A stretch of DNA of 64,000 bases from Octopus sinensis (GCF_006345805.1 NC_043011.1:44404464-44468463); one strand, 5' to 3'. Shown: positions 36,559-51,104, counted from the stretch's first letter. The notes: a model not told the origin generated them from the letters alone. Translations and numbers: made by a program.

Positions 36559-38483
36559 AGTATACAACTGTTTTAACATAACCTGTTGATTGCACAAAAT
36601 ATATATCTTTTTCTAATGTTTTAAAACAAATACATTCAGAAACAATAGTTACTAGTGTTTATGTTGATGTCTGTCTGGGAGTTTGATTTTTGAAGAAGCG
36701 GGGAAATTAGGGAGAGATAACGCATAGCCCATGCGTCCTGGTGGATAATTAAAGAATTCCTCCTGTCTTAGTTTGGGAACAGTTTCGGTTTCATTGGAGT
36801 GGATTTATTAAAAGGGAAATTTAGGAACCTCAACAGTGATACCTTATGTTCTAAACTCATCACTTGCTGACTTTGGATAGCTCACGCCATTATCCATTAA
36901 AATAATTCATGAGGCAGGAAGGCTGTGGAGTAAGTTGATGCAGGTTACAAACTTTGAAACGACACGAAGAAGAACGAAAAGGCCTACCACTACACAAATG
37001 TGTATGTGATGGAGGTAAGGTTAAAATTTTCATGGAATGTTGTAAATGAAGAAGCTGTGATGTTCCTAACATGAGACATTAGTAATATTCTTGATAGTCC
37101 TGAGCATGAGTTATTGTTTAAACAAAATATTGATCACCGGGGTTCTATAGCAGAGAATTCTTGTAATGAATAGAGTAACAAGGATACCAGCAGCGAGAAT
37201 GGGTTTCTAGTCTTTGAAGTTATTGGTTTAGCTTGATCTCAAGATAATGTCTTCCTAGCTTTCTCAGATGATTAAATAAAATGGCATGACACTATTTTCT
37301 TTTGCGTTTATTGTGCTGCTAGCTATGTCGTCTGTTCAATGAAAAAGTAATTTCTTTTGGATGTATTCAGTTTTATTCCTTTGGCTTGCCGTGTGGTAAT
37401 ACTAATGAAATATTCGCTTTATCAGCAAGTATTGTAGCTCTAGGAAGTCGTTCACATTTATTGTACTTTTCTGATTAATCTCGACTAGTTTTGTCGACAT
37501 ATTTGCTTTATACCCGTTTAACAATACTCATTGAGACCAATGGAAGATATTTCTTTTCAGCTATAGTAAATTGAATTTCTTTTCAATTCATGACCATTAT
37601 AATGTTAATATATATATATATATATATATGCATGTTCGTTCTTGATTCCAATATATATTGTATTTATATATGTCTCTTTTTCCAACCAAAACCACTGTTG
37701 TCAGGTGTATTGGTGAAACTTGCTAACATTTTTCCCTATAAAATATTTCTTGTAAATTAAGACTGCATCAAATGCAGAGACACGTCTTATACGTCTTCAA
37801 AAAGCAGTAAATACAGAAAATAAGTAAATTGTTATACAGCAACACATGATATTTTTTTAGATGTTATGTAACGTGATAAGCAAGTAATGTAACCTACCGA
37901 CACACGAGCAAAAGCCCAACAGGTAGGTATAGTCAGAACGTTCCACCACTTTTCTCATCTATCATTCATTGTATTGTAACGGGTGCATTCAAATGCACCC
38001 ATAAGGACTTTTTACCGCTTGAATCCTCAAGATCTCGATATCCTCCAAACAATATTTAACTCTGTAGACTACTAGTGTGGCCTAGATTAAAATTCTGTTT
38101 ACAAGTATTCCTGGTTTTACTACGTTAACTCGTGCTCCATTAATACATTAGTTTCATTGTTCTCAATATCAAATCTAAAATTAAGTAGTCCTGAAGATGA
38201 GCGGGTCCATGGTGGTAGAAAACAAAATCCCCTTCCAATAACTCACATTTCTTCAGCCTTGTTTACCTTTTTTCATTTACCTCTTCTTTTTCTTATCCTC
38301 TTGACGGTCTCCCACTGATCTACAATTTCCATTTGCTATTCAAATGGAATGTAACAATTTGAAAGAATGGGTCTTCGATTTCATCATCTTCAAGGATTGA
38401 AGACGAAATGAACTCCACTATTTCGGAGCTTCGCTTCAGAATGCTGGAACAGCAACGCCTAGAAACAGTTGTTGTTATCTGCC

Positions 38484-38516
<33 letters not shown>

Positions 38517-38539
38517 CTCTCTCTCTCTCACTCTCTCTA

Positions 38540-38590
<51 letters not shown>

Positions 38591-38596
38591 CTATTC

Positions 38597-38659
<63 letters not shown>

Positions 38660-38858
38660 CTCCCTCTCTCTCCCCCTTTTCTCTCTCTCTCTTTGTCTCT
38701 TTCTTTTTCGCGCTATCCTTTGCTGCCTACATGGTACTCTGAAGTCGAAAGCCCCTAAGTAGTTTCTGCAGCCACAAATACAATTTCTGTTCTACACAGC
38801 CAATCTCACTGCTCTTATATTCTCATCCACAGGAGATGATATTATTATTATCATTATT

Positions 38859-38903
<45 letters not shown>

Positions 38904-38934
38904 TTCATCATCATCATTATTATTATTATTATTT

Positions 38935-39700
38935 GATAAAAACTCACAGCTTATTTTGCTGGGTATGATGAAAAGTATCAGCTGTTCACAGGCAGCAGAC
39001 TAAGGGGACACTTGTTTACTGGTCATGCTTCAAGAAGCCTGTAAAGGATTGTTGAAGTTCCAAGCAATACTGATTTTTTTTAGCGTTGCACCCTTACATT
39101 TCTCATATCGTCTTCAATATTCGCGTTGTGCCAATTTCGGGCATTCGCTGACGATGTGCCTAACTGTTTCACCCCTTTCACCACATATTCTGCATTTATA
39201 GCCGTCAGTAGTATTGTCGATTCTGCACTTCACATAGTTAGTCATTAATGCTTGTTCTTGAGCTGCTCATAAAAGTGCTTCTGTTTCTATCTTCAGGTCA
39301 CTCCTCGTCATCCATAGTCACTGATCTTCCGCATATGTCTTGGCGTATCTCTCGCAAACTGACCGTAGAGTTTTTCTCCTTCCATGCTGTTTCTTCTTTG
39401 TGTGTGTGCTCTTTTTGTTTTTCTTTATCAACACAATTATCAGTTTTAATAACGCTCGCCTTCTTCACATGTTTCAACAATGGTTCTACGGTATTTTCTA
39501 CATACCACTCTAAGCTGTTTTTCTCTACTTCGATACGATCATGACAACTGATCAAACCTCTTCCACCCTTTCTTCGTGACACGTACAACCCATCGGTGTC
39601 ACTCTCAGGGGAGAAGGCTCCGTGCACTGTCAACATTTTTCTTGTCTTCGTATCCAAGTTCAGTTCTTTCTTTTGCCGTTTTATGATTCCGTTATTATCA
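38935..39700 (-). pseudogene. R4/Dong-like retrotransposon remnant ending in (TAA)n/(TGA)n
   Basis: LDTKTRKMLTVHGAFSPESDTDGLYVSRRKGGRGLIS motif (post-RT region). Confidence 0.8.
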
Positions 39701-39709
39701 TCGTCCATT

Positions 39710-40418
39710 AATATTATGCGTCAAGCAAAATATTTATTGGCATTTCTTCCGTCTTTAAGTCCGGTGTCCAAATTCCACCGAGGTCGACTTTGCCTTTCAG
39801 CCTTTCGAGGTCGATAAAATAAGTACCAGTTGAATACTGGGGTCGATGTGATCGACTTACGCCCTTCTCCGAAATCGCTGCCCTTGCGCCAAAATTCTGA
39901 AACAAATATTGCTAGAGAAGCTCACCAACAAATACATGAAAATATGTCTAAAACACCAAGCTTTAAAGAATTCCCTGTATGAGGACAACGCTATTGGTTC
40001 TTCCGACTGAGTTCTCATGCAAAGCCAACCGTAAAGAATTCATTTTGTTCCAGCAAAAAAAAGTAAATATTTAGATTCTTTGAAGTTGCTAAAGAACATG
40101 GTGCCACGTCATGAAACAACAACAGCAAAAACAACAACAATAGTTTGTACGCTAGCCGGGCATTTTAGAGAACAACAGCAACAACAAAAACATTATTGTT
40201 TCTAATTTAGGCGCAAAAAAAACGCAATTTCGAGGATAAAGACTTAGTTGATTACATCACGGCACTGGTTAATTGCTATTCTGTTTTATTGCTCCCCAGA
40301 GGGGGAGAATGAAATATAAAGTTGCCTCGGCGGCATTTGAACTTAGAAGGTAAACAGATGGAACAAATACCACAAGACATGTCATCAGACACTCAAACGA
40401 TACTGCCAATTCGACAAT

Positions 40419-40512
<94 letters not shown>

Positions 40513-40513
40513 C

Positions 40514-40545
<32 letters not shown>

Positions 40546-40748
40546 CAGCGGCAGCAGCAGCAGTAGTAGTAGTGGTGGTGGTGGTGGTGGTGGAAGTAGT
40601 CCTTTCTACTACAGGAACAAGTTCCGGATTTTGTAGACGGGAGTAAGTCGATAACATCGACCCCAGTGTTTCACTGGTATTTAATTTATCGACCCCCAAA
40701 AGGATGCAGGGCAAAATCGACTTCAGTGAAATTTGAACTCAGTAGCAA

Positions 40749-40813
<65 letters not shown>

Positions 40814-41300
40814 ATGGCATCAAATTTTGACACAAATTTTATCGTCTGAAGAGGAATGGAAGAGGATTAAAAAGGCAAAGTTCAACTTTGAGGGATTTGT
40901 GATGAGATTGCAAAAACGCCTGAAGCAGGGGTTAAGTCGATTACATCGATCCCAGTACTAAACTGGTATTTATTTAATCGACCCCGAAAGGATGAAGAGC
41001 AAATTCGACCTCGACGGAATTTGAACTCAGAACATAAGGACGGGCGAAATGTTGCCAAGCGTTTTGTCCGGTGTGCGAACGATTCTGCGAGCAGACCACC
41101 GAGAGCCGGAAGAAATATTGGTTTCCAATTTCGGCACAAGGCAAGCAATTGCGAAGAAGAGGTTAAATCGATTGTTTTGTTTCCAGTGCCCTACTGGTAT
41201 TTATTTCAATGAACCCGAAAAGATAAAAGGCAAAGTCGAAATGTACGGGATTTGAACTCAAAACGTAAAACCAGACGAAATGCTGTTAAGCATTTCATGA
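39710..41300. mobile_element. Cluster of older family B SINEs (39710-39910 +; 40200-40415, 40605-40745, 40850-41100 and 41120-41300 -) among (TAG)n tracts
   Basis: Repeated core CGACCCCGAAAGGATGAAAGGCAAAGTCGACCTCGGCGGAATTTGAACTC with divergence. Confidence 0.8.
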
Positions 41301-41569
41301 AAAATACTAACAAAAAGAAGAATTATTGCTTTATTCATTTATGTCAGACGTCATAAACGGTTTGATTTGTCGGTCGAAAGTAAATGCTCCAGAGGGGGCC
41401 GGGACATTTATTTAGGATTATATATCTTCAAGTGCTGAGCTGTGCGTTCTTGTTGTTATTATTGCCGTTTTTGTTGTTGTTATTGATGTTCGTTTAGCTC
41501 TTATTGTTGTTACTGCTGTTCATGTCATTGTAGTTGTTTAGAGACGACGATTGTTGACTGTAGCGAGGG

Positions 41570-41606
<37 letters not shown>

Positions 41607-42034
41607 AGTTGTGTGTTCGCTTGATTCTATGTTCGCGTAGTTTGTTTGTGCAGCTGTGTGGTTGTGGGACTATGTGGTTGTTTGGTTGTGTGATTGTTTG
41701 GTTGTGTGGTTGTGTGGTTGTGGCTCCTCGCTCCATGGTTTTAAGATGGCGTCAGACGTGAGCCGAAGTAAATTGCACATGACAAGACTGGAGTGTTATT
41801 TCAATATAACATCAAATCACTTAAGGAGGAGAAGGAGAAGGAGAAGGAAAAGAGAGGTGGGAGAATGCCGTGCTCAAGCAGACACGATGTATACATAAGC
41901 CCAAAAATATATATTTACATACATATGTACGTACGTACGTACGTACGTACATACATACATACATACATACATACGTACGTACGTACGCACATACATACTT
42001 TGCATACTTATACACATGCATATGTATGTATCTG

Positions 42035-42066
<32 letters not shown>

Positions 42067-42287
42067 GTGTGTGTGTGTGTGTGTATTATGTGTGTGTATG
42101 TTTGTGTAATATTCATATGCATAGATGTATCTATTTATACATATATGTATATATATACCTGTATATCCATTCCATACCTACACTTTATTTATATACCCAC
42201 ACATATACAGAAAGACACACAGACATACGCTTATACACATATTTGCATATCTAATATGCTTACACACAAATAAACATATACACACCA

Positions 42288-42357
<70 letters not shown>

Positions 42358-42913
42358 ATGTATGAATAGATGGATGGATGGATGGATGGAAGGATGGATG
42401 GATGGATTGATGGATTGGTGGAGGGGTAGAGGGGTGGGGTGCGTAAGTAAAGACCGATGTTTACTTTTGTTTAGTGGATTTCATTACACATCGCGGCGAC
42501 GGCTAATAAATATCTACTACTTTGTGTATCACGATATGTTGGATATTTCAGTGTGTGTGTATATGTGTGTATATTTGTGTGTGTGTGTGTGTGTGTGTGT
42601 ATGAGCGTATGCATGTTTGTTTAATGTATTACGTCATATATGCATACCTAAATAAGACATGAATATAAAATACAACAATAATACAAGCACATATACACAT
42701 ACGGACACTCACACACACACACATGTATTAATGCTTATTTATGCTATATAAATGTCTGAGTATATATAGCATATATATGTTTCTCTATGTGTGTGGTGTG
42801 TACATATATATAAACACACACGCACATACACACACACGTACACTCACACACTTACACACAAACACAAACACACACATATATAATATATGTATATATATGA
42901 TATATATAAATAT

Positions 42914-42974
<61 letters not shown>

Positions 42975-42977
<3 letters not shown>

Positions 42978-43117
42978 AGTGGCTGTGTGGTAAGTAGCAT
43001 GGGTCCAGGTTCAGTCCCACTGCGTGGTACCTTGAGCAAGTGTCTTGTACTATAGCCTCGAGCCAACCAAAGTCTTGTGAGTGGATTTGGTAGACGGAAA
43101 CTGAAAGAAGTCCATCG

Positions 43118-43149
<32 letters not shown>

Positions 43150-43352
43150 TTTATGTGTGTGTGTGTTTGTCCACCCCACCCCAACATCGCTTGATAACCG
43201 ATGCTGGTGTATTTACATTCCCGTAACCGAGCGGTTCGGCAAAAAAGACCGATAGGATAAGTACTAGGTTTACAAAGAATAAGTCCTGGGTTGGATTTGC
43301 TTGAATAAAGAATGTGCTCCAGCATGGCCGCAGTCAAATGACTGAAATAAGT
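42975..43352 (+). mobile_element. SINE family A
   Basis: Head-to-tail homology with a small deletion. Confidence 0.9.
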
Positions 43353-43429
43353 ATAAGTATATATATGTATGTGTGTATGCATTTATTGTGTCTTAAGTAA
43401 GGCTGAGCAACGAGAAGGAAAGTGATCGA

Positions 43430-43680
43430 CTTTGCTCTCCGATAAAATAAGTACCAGCTTAGTATGGGGGTCAATATAATCGACTAGCCCTTTCCCTACA
43501 AAATTTCAGGCTTGTATCTGTAGTAAAAAGAATTATTTAAAGGCTGTGACCTGAAAGATTCTTCAGCACGCCGGACAAAACGCTTAACCCTACTTCGTCC
43601 GTCTTTACGTTCTGTGTTCAAATTCCGCTGAGGTCGACTTACCCTTTCATCTTTTCGGAGGTCGTTAAAATAAGTAACAG
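43430..43680 (+). mobile_element. Two partial older family B SINEs
   Basis: Core and tail homology. Confidence 0.7.
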
Positions 43681-43744
43681 TTGAAAACCCCCGTAATTGC
43701 AGGTTTTGTGTTAGAATTTGAAATCAATATCATTATTATTATTG

Positions 43745-44105
43745 CAGTTTTTCCTTTGCCTGGTGGGTGTGCGAAAGGGGTTGTTTGGTGGACAATGCTG
43801 AAAAGCATGACAGATACACCCCTCTTTGGTAGAGTTCTCATTGATTTCTTCAAGTTTTACTTCAAACGGAAATTGAGAGTGGAGAAGGAAGTGTTATCCT
43901 CGAGTGAGTTTAGTGAAAGGTGGGAGAAAGTTGCGAAAATGGCAAGAGTGAATGGCTCCTCTCTAAGCGAAGACCTGTGAGTCGGAGAGAAGGAATTGGA
44001 GAGGGTACGTGCTCTTGGGGTTTCAGGGAAATCTCAGACAGTGGGGTTCCTGGATTATCCCTAGAGGGGTTCCTGTACCAAGAGGGCCATATTCCTATCA
44101 TCCTG
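43745..44105 (+). pseudogene. Tx1/L1-like ORF2 C-terminal fragment, second subfamily
   Basis: AKGVVWWT.LK...LIDFFKFYFKRKLRVEKEVLSSSEFSERWEKVAKMAR aligns with ORF 25092-25466. Confidence 0.8.
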
Positions 44106-44109
44106 ATGA

Positions 44110-44520
44110 AATGATTAAAGACTTTTTTATTTATAGATGTGGTTCCTTATCACATGGATAAAAAGACCCAAAACTGGTTGGAAGAGAATGGCATTAAAAA
44201 GCTTCCATGGCCAAGCCCATCACCAGATAGGAACTCCATTGAGCACCCCTGGGGCATAATGGACAAAACACTCCATAAAAAGAAAAAGAAAGCATCTTCA
44301 AAGCCAGATCTTTTGAGTTTGCTCCATGAAATTCGGCAAGAAATTCTTCAAGAGAATATTTGTCACGTGTTCAGTAGCATGCCTAATAGGGTCCTTACAT
44401 TGAAAAATGCAAAGGACATGTCTAAATATTAGGTATTTACATTAAAATAATTAATAATTTGAATGTATAATTTCAGGTTTAAACTTTAACAATTATAAGG
44501 GTGTCTACTTCTGTCATGTT
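44110..44520 (+). pseudogene. Tc1-family transposase C-terminal remnant
   Basis: WPSPSPDRNSIEHPW (consensus WPSQSPDLNPIEHLW) and SSMPNRV...KY stop. Confidence 0.85.
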
Positions 44521-44580
44521 GGTTTATGGATAGATACATGCGCATTTGTGTATTCGTGAATTATATATATTGTGTGTGTA

Positions 44581-44812
44581 AAGGCGGCGAGCTGGCAGAA
44601 TCGTTAGCGCGCGGGGCGAAATGCTTAGCGGTATTTCGTCTGCCGTTACGTTCTGAGTTGAAATTCCGCCGAGGTCGACTTTGCCTTTCATCCTTTCGGG
44701 GTCGATAAATAAAGTACCAGTTACGCACTGGAGTCGATTTAATCGACTTAATCCCTTTGTCCGTTCTTGTTTGTCCCCTCTATGTTTAGCCCTTTGTGGG
44801 CAATAAAGAAAT
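44581..44812 (+). mobile_element. SINE family B, young Tx1-tailed subfamily
   Basis: Full length; flanking duplication TATATATATTGTGTGTGT. Confidence 0.9.
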
Positions 44813-45519
44813 ATATATATTGTGTGTGTGTGAGAGAGAGAGAGAGAGAGGATGACAGACGGAGAGACAGACAAACAGAGATTTAAAGCTGGTGTTTATC
44901 AGAGAAAGTCTAAATCCTGAAACAGCCACTGGTCTTGTGATATCTGGTCCGGTTTTATACATTCTGACAGCAACGTCTGTAACTAACTTCAAGGTGTATC
45001 GGCTCAGGTCGATGGCGCTTTCATTAGATAAACATCAGTGGCTTTCAAAAAGAAATCTGCATGCATGGATGACTAGCAATCTTTCTCAAAACAATCTTGC
45101 TCAGACTTTTGTATATACACGTACAGAGGATGACCAACCGTAACCGATGGAGGCTCACTACCCCTGTGCGTGTGTGTGTGTGTGTGTGTGTGTGCGAGGG
45201 AGAGAGAGAGAGAATCAGAGAGAGACAGAGAGAGAGTGCTCTGTTTTGTTTCCATTCTCAATGTCTTTTAGTTTTCTTAGTCTCAGAATATTTCGAAGTT
45301 TCATTTCGAATTATCGACGTGATTTCTTCGTTTCAATTTAGTAGGGAGTGGAGGGTAGATGGGGTTGGAAGCCTGGACGTTTTTCTTTATACTTTTTTCT
45401 TGTATTGTTTTGTTTTGTTTTTATTTTCCATTTCAAAAAGTGAAGAATTCTCACAAGTTTCCAGAATGAGATTATACTCGGATCGATGATCACACAATAT
45501 TGATTTTCATCATTCACCT

Positions 45520-45784
45520 TTGTCGTCATCATCAACATTAATCATCACCATCAATCATCATCATCATCATCATCATCGTCGTCGTCGTCGTCAACATCGG
45601 CATCATCATCATCAACGTCGTCATCATATATTCTCACATATACACACGACATATATACACTTATATACGCACATGTACACACACGAACGTCATCGTCGTC
45701 GTAATCATCATCATCATCATCATCATCATCAACATCATCATCAACATCATCCTCGTCATCGTCATCATTATCATCAACATTGTT

Positions 45785-45822
<38 letters not shown>

Positions 45823-46417
45823 TATCATTATCATCATCATCATCACAGTCATCATCATCATTACCACCACCATTATCATCATCATCTTCTTCATCATCAT
45901 CGTCGTCATCATCATCATCATCATCATCATCATTATCATCATTATCATCAGCAGCATCATCATCATCATCATTGCCATCATATATACACACATTAGTAAA
46001 TAGCTGGAACAGCAGACAAAATATATTAACACTAATGTAATGTATTAGAAATTATATAACACTGATGCTTATATGCATGCATATGTATGTGTGTGTGTGC
46101 ACATGTGTGTGTATGTGTGTGCGTGCGGTTAAAGTTGCCCTGGCAAATATGGCTGTGTATGTATATCAAAAACTAAAAACTCAAGTAACTGTTTCTTGGA
46201 GCTTCACGTTTCCGATTTTCGGGCGATAGTGGAAGTTAAATATAGATGGATGTAGATTGAGAAAAATTGGCTGCTAATTTTTTTAGAAGGTCAGTGGTGG
46301 TGGAGATAGTAATGATGATGATCCCCATCATGACAACAACGACGACGCCGACGACGACAATGATGATGATGATGATGATGATGATCATGGTGATGATAAT
46401 GATGATGATGATGGTGG

Positions 46418-46451
<34 letters not shown>

Positions 46452-46452
46452 G

Positions 46453-46483
<31 letters not shown>

Positions 46484-47130
46484 TGACGATGATGATGATG
46501 AAGAAGGTTATGATGATGATGATGATGATGATGACGATGATGATAATGATGATGACGACGACAACGATGATGATGATGATGACAACGACGACGACGATGA
46601 TGACGATGACGATGATGATGATGATGATGATGACGACGACGATGACGACGACGATGATGATGATGATGATGATGATGATGACGATGATGATGATGATGAT
46701 GACGATGATGATGATGATGATGATGACGACGACGACGATGATGACGATGACGATGAAGATGATGATGATGATGACGACGACGATGACGACGACGATGATG
46801 ATGATGATGATGACGATGATGATGATGATGCTGACGATGATGTTGATGATGATGATGACGACGACGACGGCGATGATGATGATGATGACGACGACGACGA
46901 CGACGACGATGACGATGATGATGACGATGATGATGATGATGATGATGATGACGATGATGATGATGATGATGACGACGACGACGATGATGACGATGACGAT
47001 GATGATGATGACGATGACGATGACGATGATGATGATAATGATGATGACGACGACGACGACGACGATGACGATGATGATGATGATGATGATGACGACGATG
47101 ATGATGATGATGACAACGGGCAACGATGAT
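45520..47130. repeat. Opposed trinucleotide tracts: (CAT/CGT)n ~45540-45980 and (GAT/GAC)n ~46310-47130
   Basis: Directly visible. Confidence 0.95.
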
Positions 47131-47775
47131 GTTAATGCTAGCGATATTTTATTTGAAACGCCCCATATAAATAGTTTACACTTTTCTGAGAAACTCTAAA
47201 CACTGCCAGTCATGTCCTCTGTCTAAAACGGAGCTAACGTCTCTTTGTAGTCGGCCATGCTACGTTATTTCCACCTTTGATACTCCATGTTACCATTCCG
47301 AGCCGTTCCATTCCATCGGTTAACTGCATCGCCTTCATCTGACGCAAATCTACTTACCGTCTCCCTCTGCCTCCCTCTCCATCTCTCACTCTCCCTCCCT
47401 CCCTCTGCTTCTATGCATATTTATACATGTAGATGTGTATGTATAAATTGAGGGATATATACACATATCTGAACACAGAGCGAGAGACATATGTATGCTC
47501 AAATGCATCTATATAAACGTGTATGTTAATATGGGTATATATCTTTATACATATATTTGTATATGTATTACGTATGTGTATCTATGTATGTATGTTTGTA
47601 TGTATGTATATATATATTATATATATATATATACATATATATATATACATACGCATATACACATTCACATGCGCATGCGCACGGATACTGCAAATCGTGA
47701 TCAGGTGCTTATGCGTATATGCAAACGCACATGGCGTACTCAGGCACACACAACAAGCAAACACACCCACACAGT

Positions 47776-47810
<35 letters not shown>

Positions 47811-48244
47811 ATGTATATATATATGTATATGTGTGTGTGTGTGTCATATAAAGTTTTATGCGCTTGCGTGTGTGCGCGTATGCGTGTAAAGATTGGTAAC
47901 TTCACAATTCAGTTAAAGAATTCAAAGCAGTGGACAATGGTGCACCATGTTACGGCTTGAACCTCTTCAGAAAAATGAATACATTTCAAAATAACAAAGT
48001 AAACAATATACCCAACTAAAATCGAAGACAAATACTAAAACATAGATTGGTCACCGAGACTTTAGAACAAGACTAGCTATTATAATATTGCCATGCCAAC
48101 TGTATAATAGCCATTTTATATAAATCTCTCGTCCATTGTATAAATAAATATACTGAACTTCTCAAGCTTCTTATAGTAAACGTCATTTAATAATATAAGC
48201 TTTATACTTCTTATAAAAATATTAAATATTAAATAATTACTTGT

Positions 48245-48660
48245 TCCAATAATTGCTAATCGTAGGGGCATTTTTTCATCACAACAATGCCAAACTCCTC
48301 GTTTCTTTGCAGACGCGGCAGAAATTAATGAGTTTTGACTGAGAAGTTTTGCTACATCCACCATGTTTGTCTGACCTTGCGCTTTCAGATTTTCACCTGC
48401 TTTGGTTTCTTCGAAATTCATTAAATAGACTTTCAGACCTTCATCACTGAAGAGGATGTAAAACTTTACCTGGGAGATAATTTCGCCAGTAAAGACAGGA
48501 AATTCTATGAGCAAGAAATGATGGATCTGCTCGCAAGATGGCGGAAAATACTGGAAACAAGACGGTAATTATATCATTCATTGAACAAATGGCTTTGCAT
48601 TTAAAACTTGGGTTTTATTTTTGCTTAAAAGTTCGAACAGACTTTTTGACCAATATTATT
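48245..48660 (+). pseudogene. Decayed mariner transposase C-terminus with right-end relic
   Basis: Manual translation FHHNNAK...TRQKL...EVLLHPPCLSDLALSDFHL...KFYEQ...RWRKIL. Confidence 0.8.
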
Positions 48661-48859
48661 TTGGTTGTATGTATATATATATATATTTCCATAATTTATC
48701 TATTTACGTTTATATCATATGAAATCTATCTATCTATTGATTTACTCATTATCGCTGTATATATGTATGCATCTATATATTATGCATGCATGTATGTATG
48801 TATAATTGTATGTGTGTTAGTGGGTGATATATGCATATACATACAAGCATACATACATG

Positions 48860-48890
<31 letters not shown>

Positions 48891-49407
48891 TATATAAAAG
48901 ATCATAGAGTTTATCTCCTCGCTTAGTGAATTGTTTCTATCCCACGAGACGACGGAATCTCTTGAGATGAAAACGATTCGCTGAGCGAAGAGAGATAACT
49001 TATTCAAATGAATTTACGTAGCCAGGCTGCATAAACATAAATATATACATAATACCTATACATACCCAAACACATTATATATATGTTTGTGTTTGTGTAT
49101 GTATATATATAATATATATATATATATATATCTATATATATTATATGTATATATATATTATGTTTATGAGGAGGCATCATCTATTCCGTTGATATTTTCA
49201 AGTCTTTTTTTTTCTTTGCTATTTTTAGTGTGTATATTTTAATGACCAATATGAGGTTAACAAATCAGACCCAGTGGAGGAAAGCGTTGTATTAAAATAT
49301 TTTATTAATTACTATTGCTGTAATTGATTCTAAAACGTAGCTTGTAGAAAATAACATATATGTATTAACATTATATGTATATATGTGCACATATGTGTGT
49401 ATGGCTG

Positions 49408-49439
<32 letters not shown>

Positions 49440-49618
49440 TGTATGTATGTATGTATGTATGTATGCATGTATGTATGTTTGTATGTTTGTATGTATGCTC
49501 AGTTTTATTTCAAGATTTCTTGACAACAAAGAGCCGGTTTCTAACCTAGATGCAAAGCACCTTCATTGGAATTTCAACATCAACAACAGAGTATTTTTGT
49601 TTGCATGTATGTATGTAC

Positions 49619-49649
<31 letters not shown>

Positions 49650-49723
49650 TGTATGTATGTATGTATGTATGTACATATGTATGTATGTATGTATGTACAT
49701 ATGTATGTATGTATGTATGTATG

Positions 49724-49755
<32 letters not shown>

Positions 49756-50033
49756 TGTATGTATGTATATGTGCAGATTTCTATATTTTATATATGTATT
49801 CTCATATATATGAAAAATCATAAATTATGAAGATGCATTATCAACGATTTACTTAGCTTACACATGTTTCGAATAGTTCAGTTCCATGCAACCGTTGTAT
49901 ATTGCGCCTTGCATATTTCTCGATTCTCAATTCGATCGAAAAGTTGAAACTACAGACCTGAACTGTTCGAAACACATGTAAGCTGAATAAACTGTTGATA
50001 ACACACACACACACACACACACACATACATACA

Positions 50034-50080
<47 letters not shown>

Positions 50081-50154
50081 TGTAAAGCAGTCATCTTACT
50101 TCCTTTAGAGATTGTTTTAGGTCATATCTTTTTTTTTTTATATAACAGTAGTAT

Positions 50155-50575
50155 AGGTGTAGGAGTGGATGTGTGGTAAGTAGCCTGCTTACCAACCACA
50201 GGGTTCCGGGTTCAGTCCCACTGCATGGCACTTTGGGCAAGTATCTTCTACTATAGCCTCGGGCCGACCAAAGCCTTGTGAATGGATTTGGTAGACAGAA
50301 ACTGAAAGAAGCCCGTCGTATATATGTGTGTATATATATATATATAAGCATGTGTGTGTATATGTTTGTGTGACTGTGTTTGTCGCCCCAACATCGCTTG
50401 ATAACCGATGCTGGTGAGTTTATGTCCCCATAGTGTAGCGGTTCGGCAAAAGAGACCGATAGAATAAGTACTGGGCTTACAAAGAATAAGTCCTGGGACC
50501 GATTTGCTCGACTAAAGGCGGTGCTCCAGCATGGCCGCAGTCAAATGACGGAAACCAGTAAAAGAGTAAAAGAGT
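50155..50575 (+). mobile_element. SINE family A, full length
   Basis: Head-to-tail homology. Confidence 0.9.
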
Positions 50576-51020
50576 ATTAGTAAGCAGCACACACTTTATT
50601 TTATTTATATAGTTCTCCATATCATATGAGTCTAACTACTGCTGCGTCGTCGCCTATACTTACGTAATATAATGCAGTTCATAATATATGTAATACAGTT
50701 CAGAGTGTGAGAGAGTCATAATGTCATATAATAATATAATGTAATAGATGCAAAGTAACACAATATAAAATCGGTGTTTAAGAATAGATATATGAATGTA
50801 GCTCGCGAATATATCAGATTTGTGCAAGTAATTACAACAACCCAAAGCTCTTTAATTGAATCCGCCGTTTGCTCTTTACTTCCGGTTTACGTAATTAATT
50901 GCACTAATAAAATGGTAGAAGTTTAATTACCCTGCTTTTACCGCTCATTTTACCTCATTACCCTACGGGATATTCGAAAATAATTTGGAATATTTGAAGT
51001 TGACCATTTCTAGAAAGAAC

Positions 51021-51060
<40 letters not shown>

Positions 51061-51104
51061 GTTGTTGTTGTTATTATTATTATTATTATCATCATCATTA
51101 TTGT

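Noticed and set aside
36690-37320. Possible further PLE ORF relic on the minus strand (CSGRPFRSSSCRFKVC)
   Set aside because: Too degraded to support by eye; needs a profile search.
47670-47681. Perfect NRF1 palindrome TGCGCATGCGCA
   Set aside because: Lies in a degenerate purine-pyrimidine microsatellite where it arises by chance.
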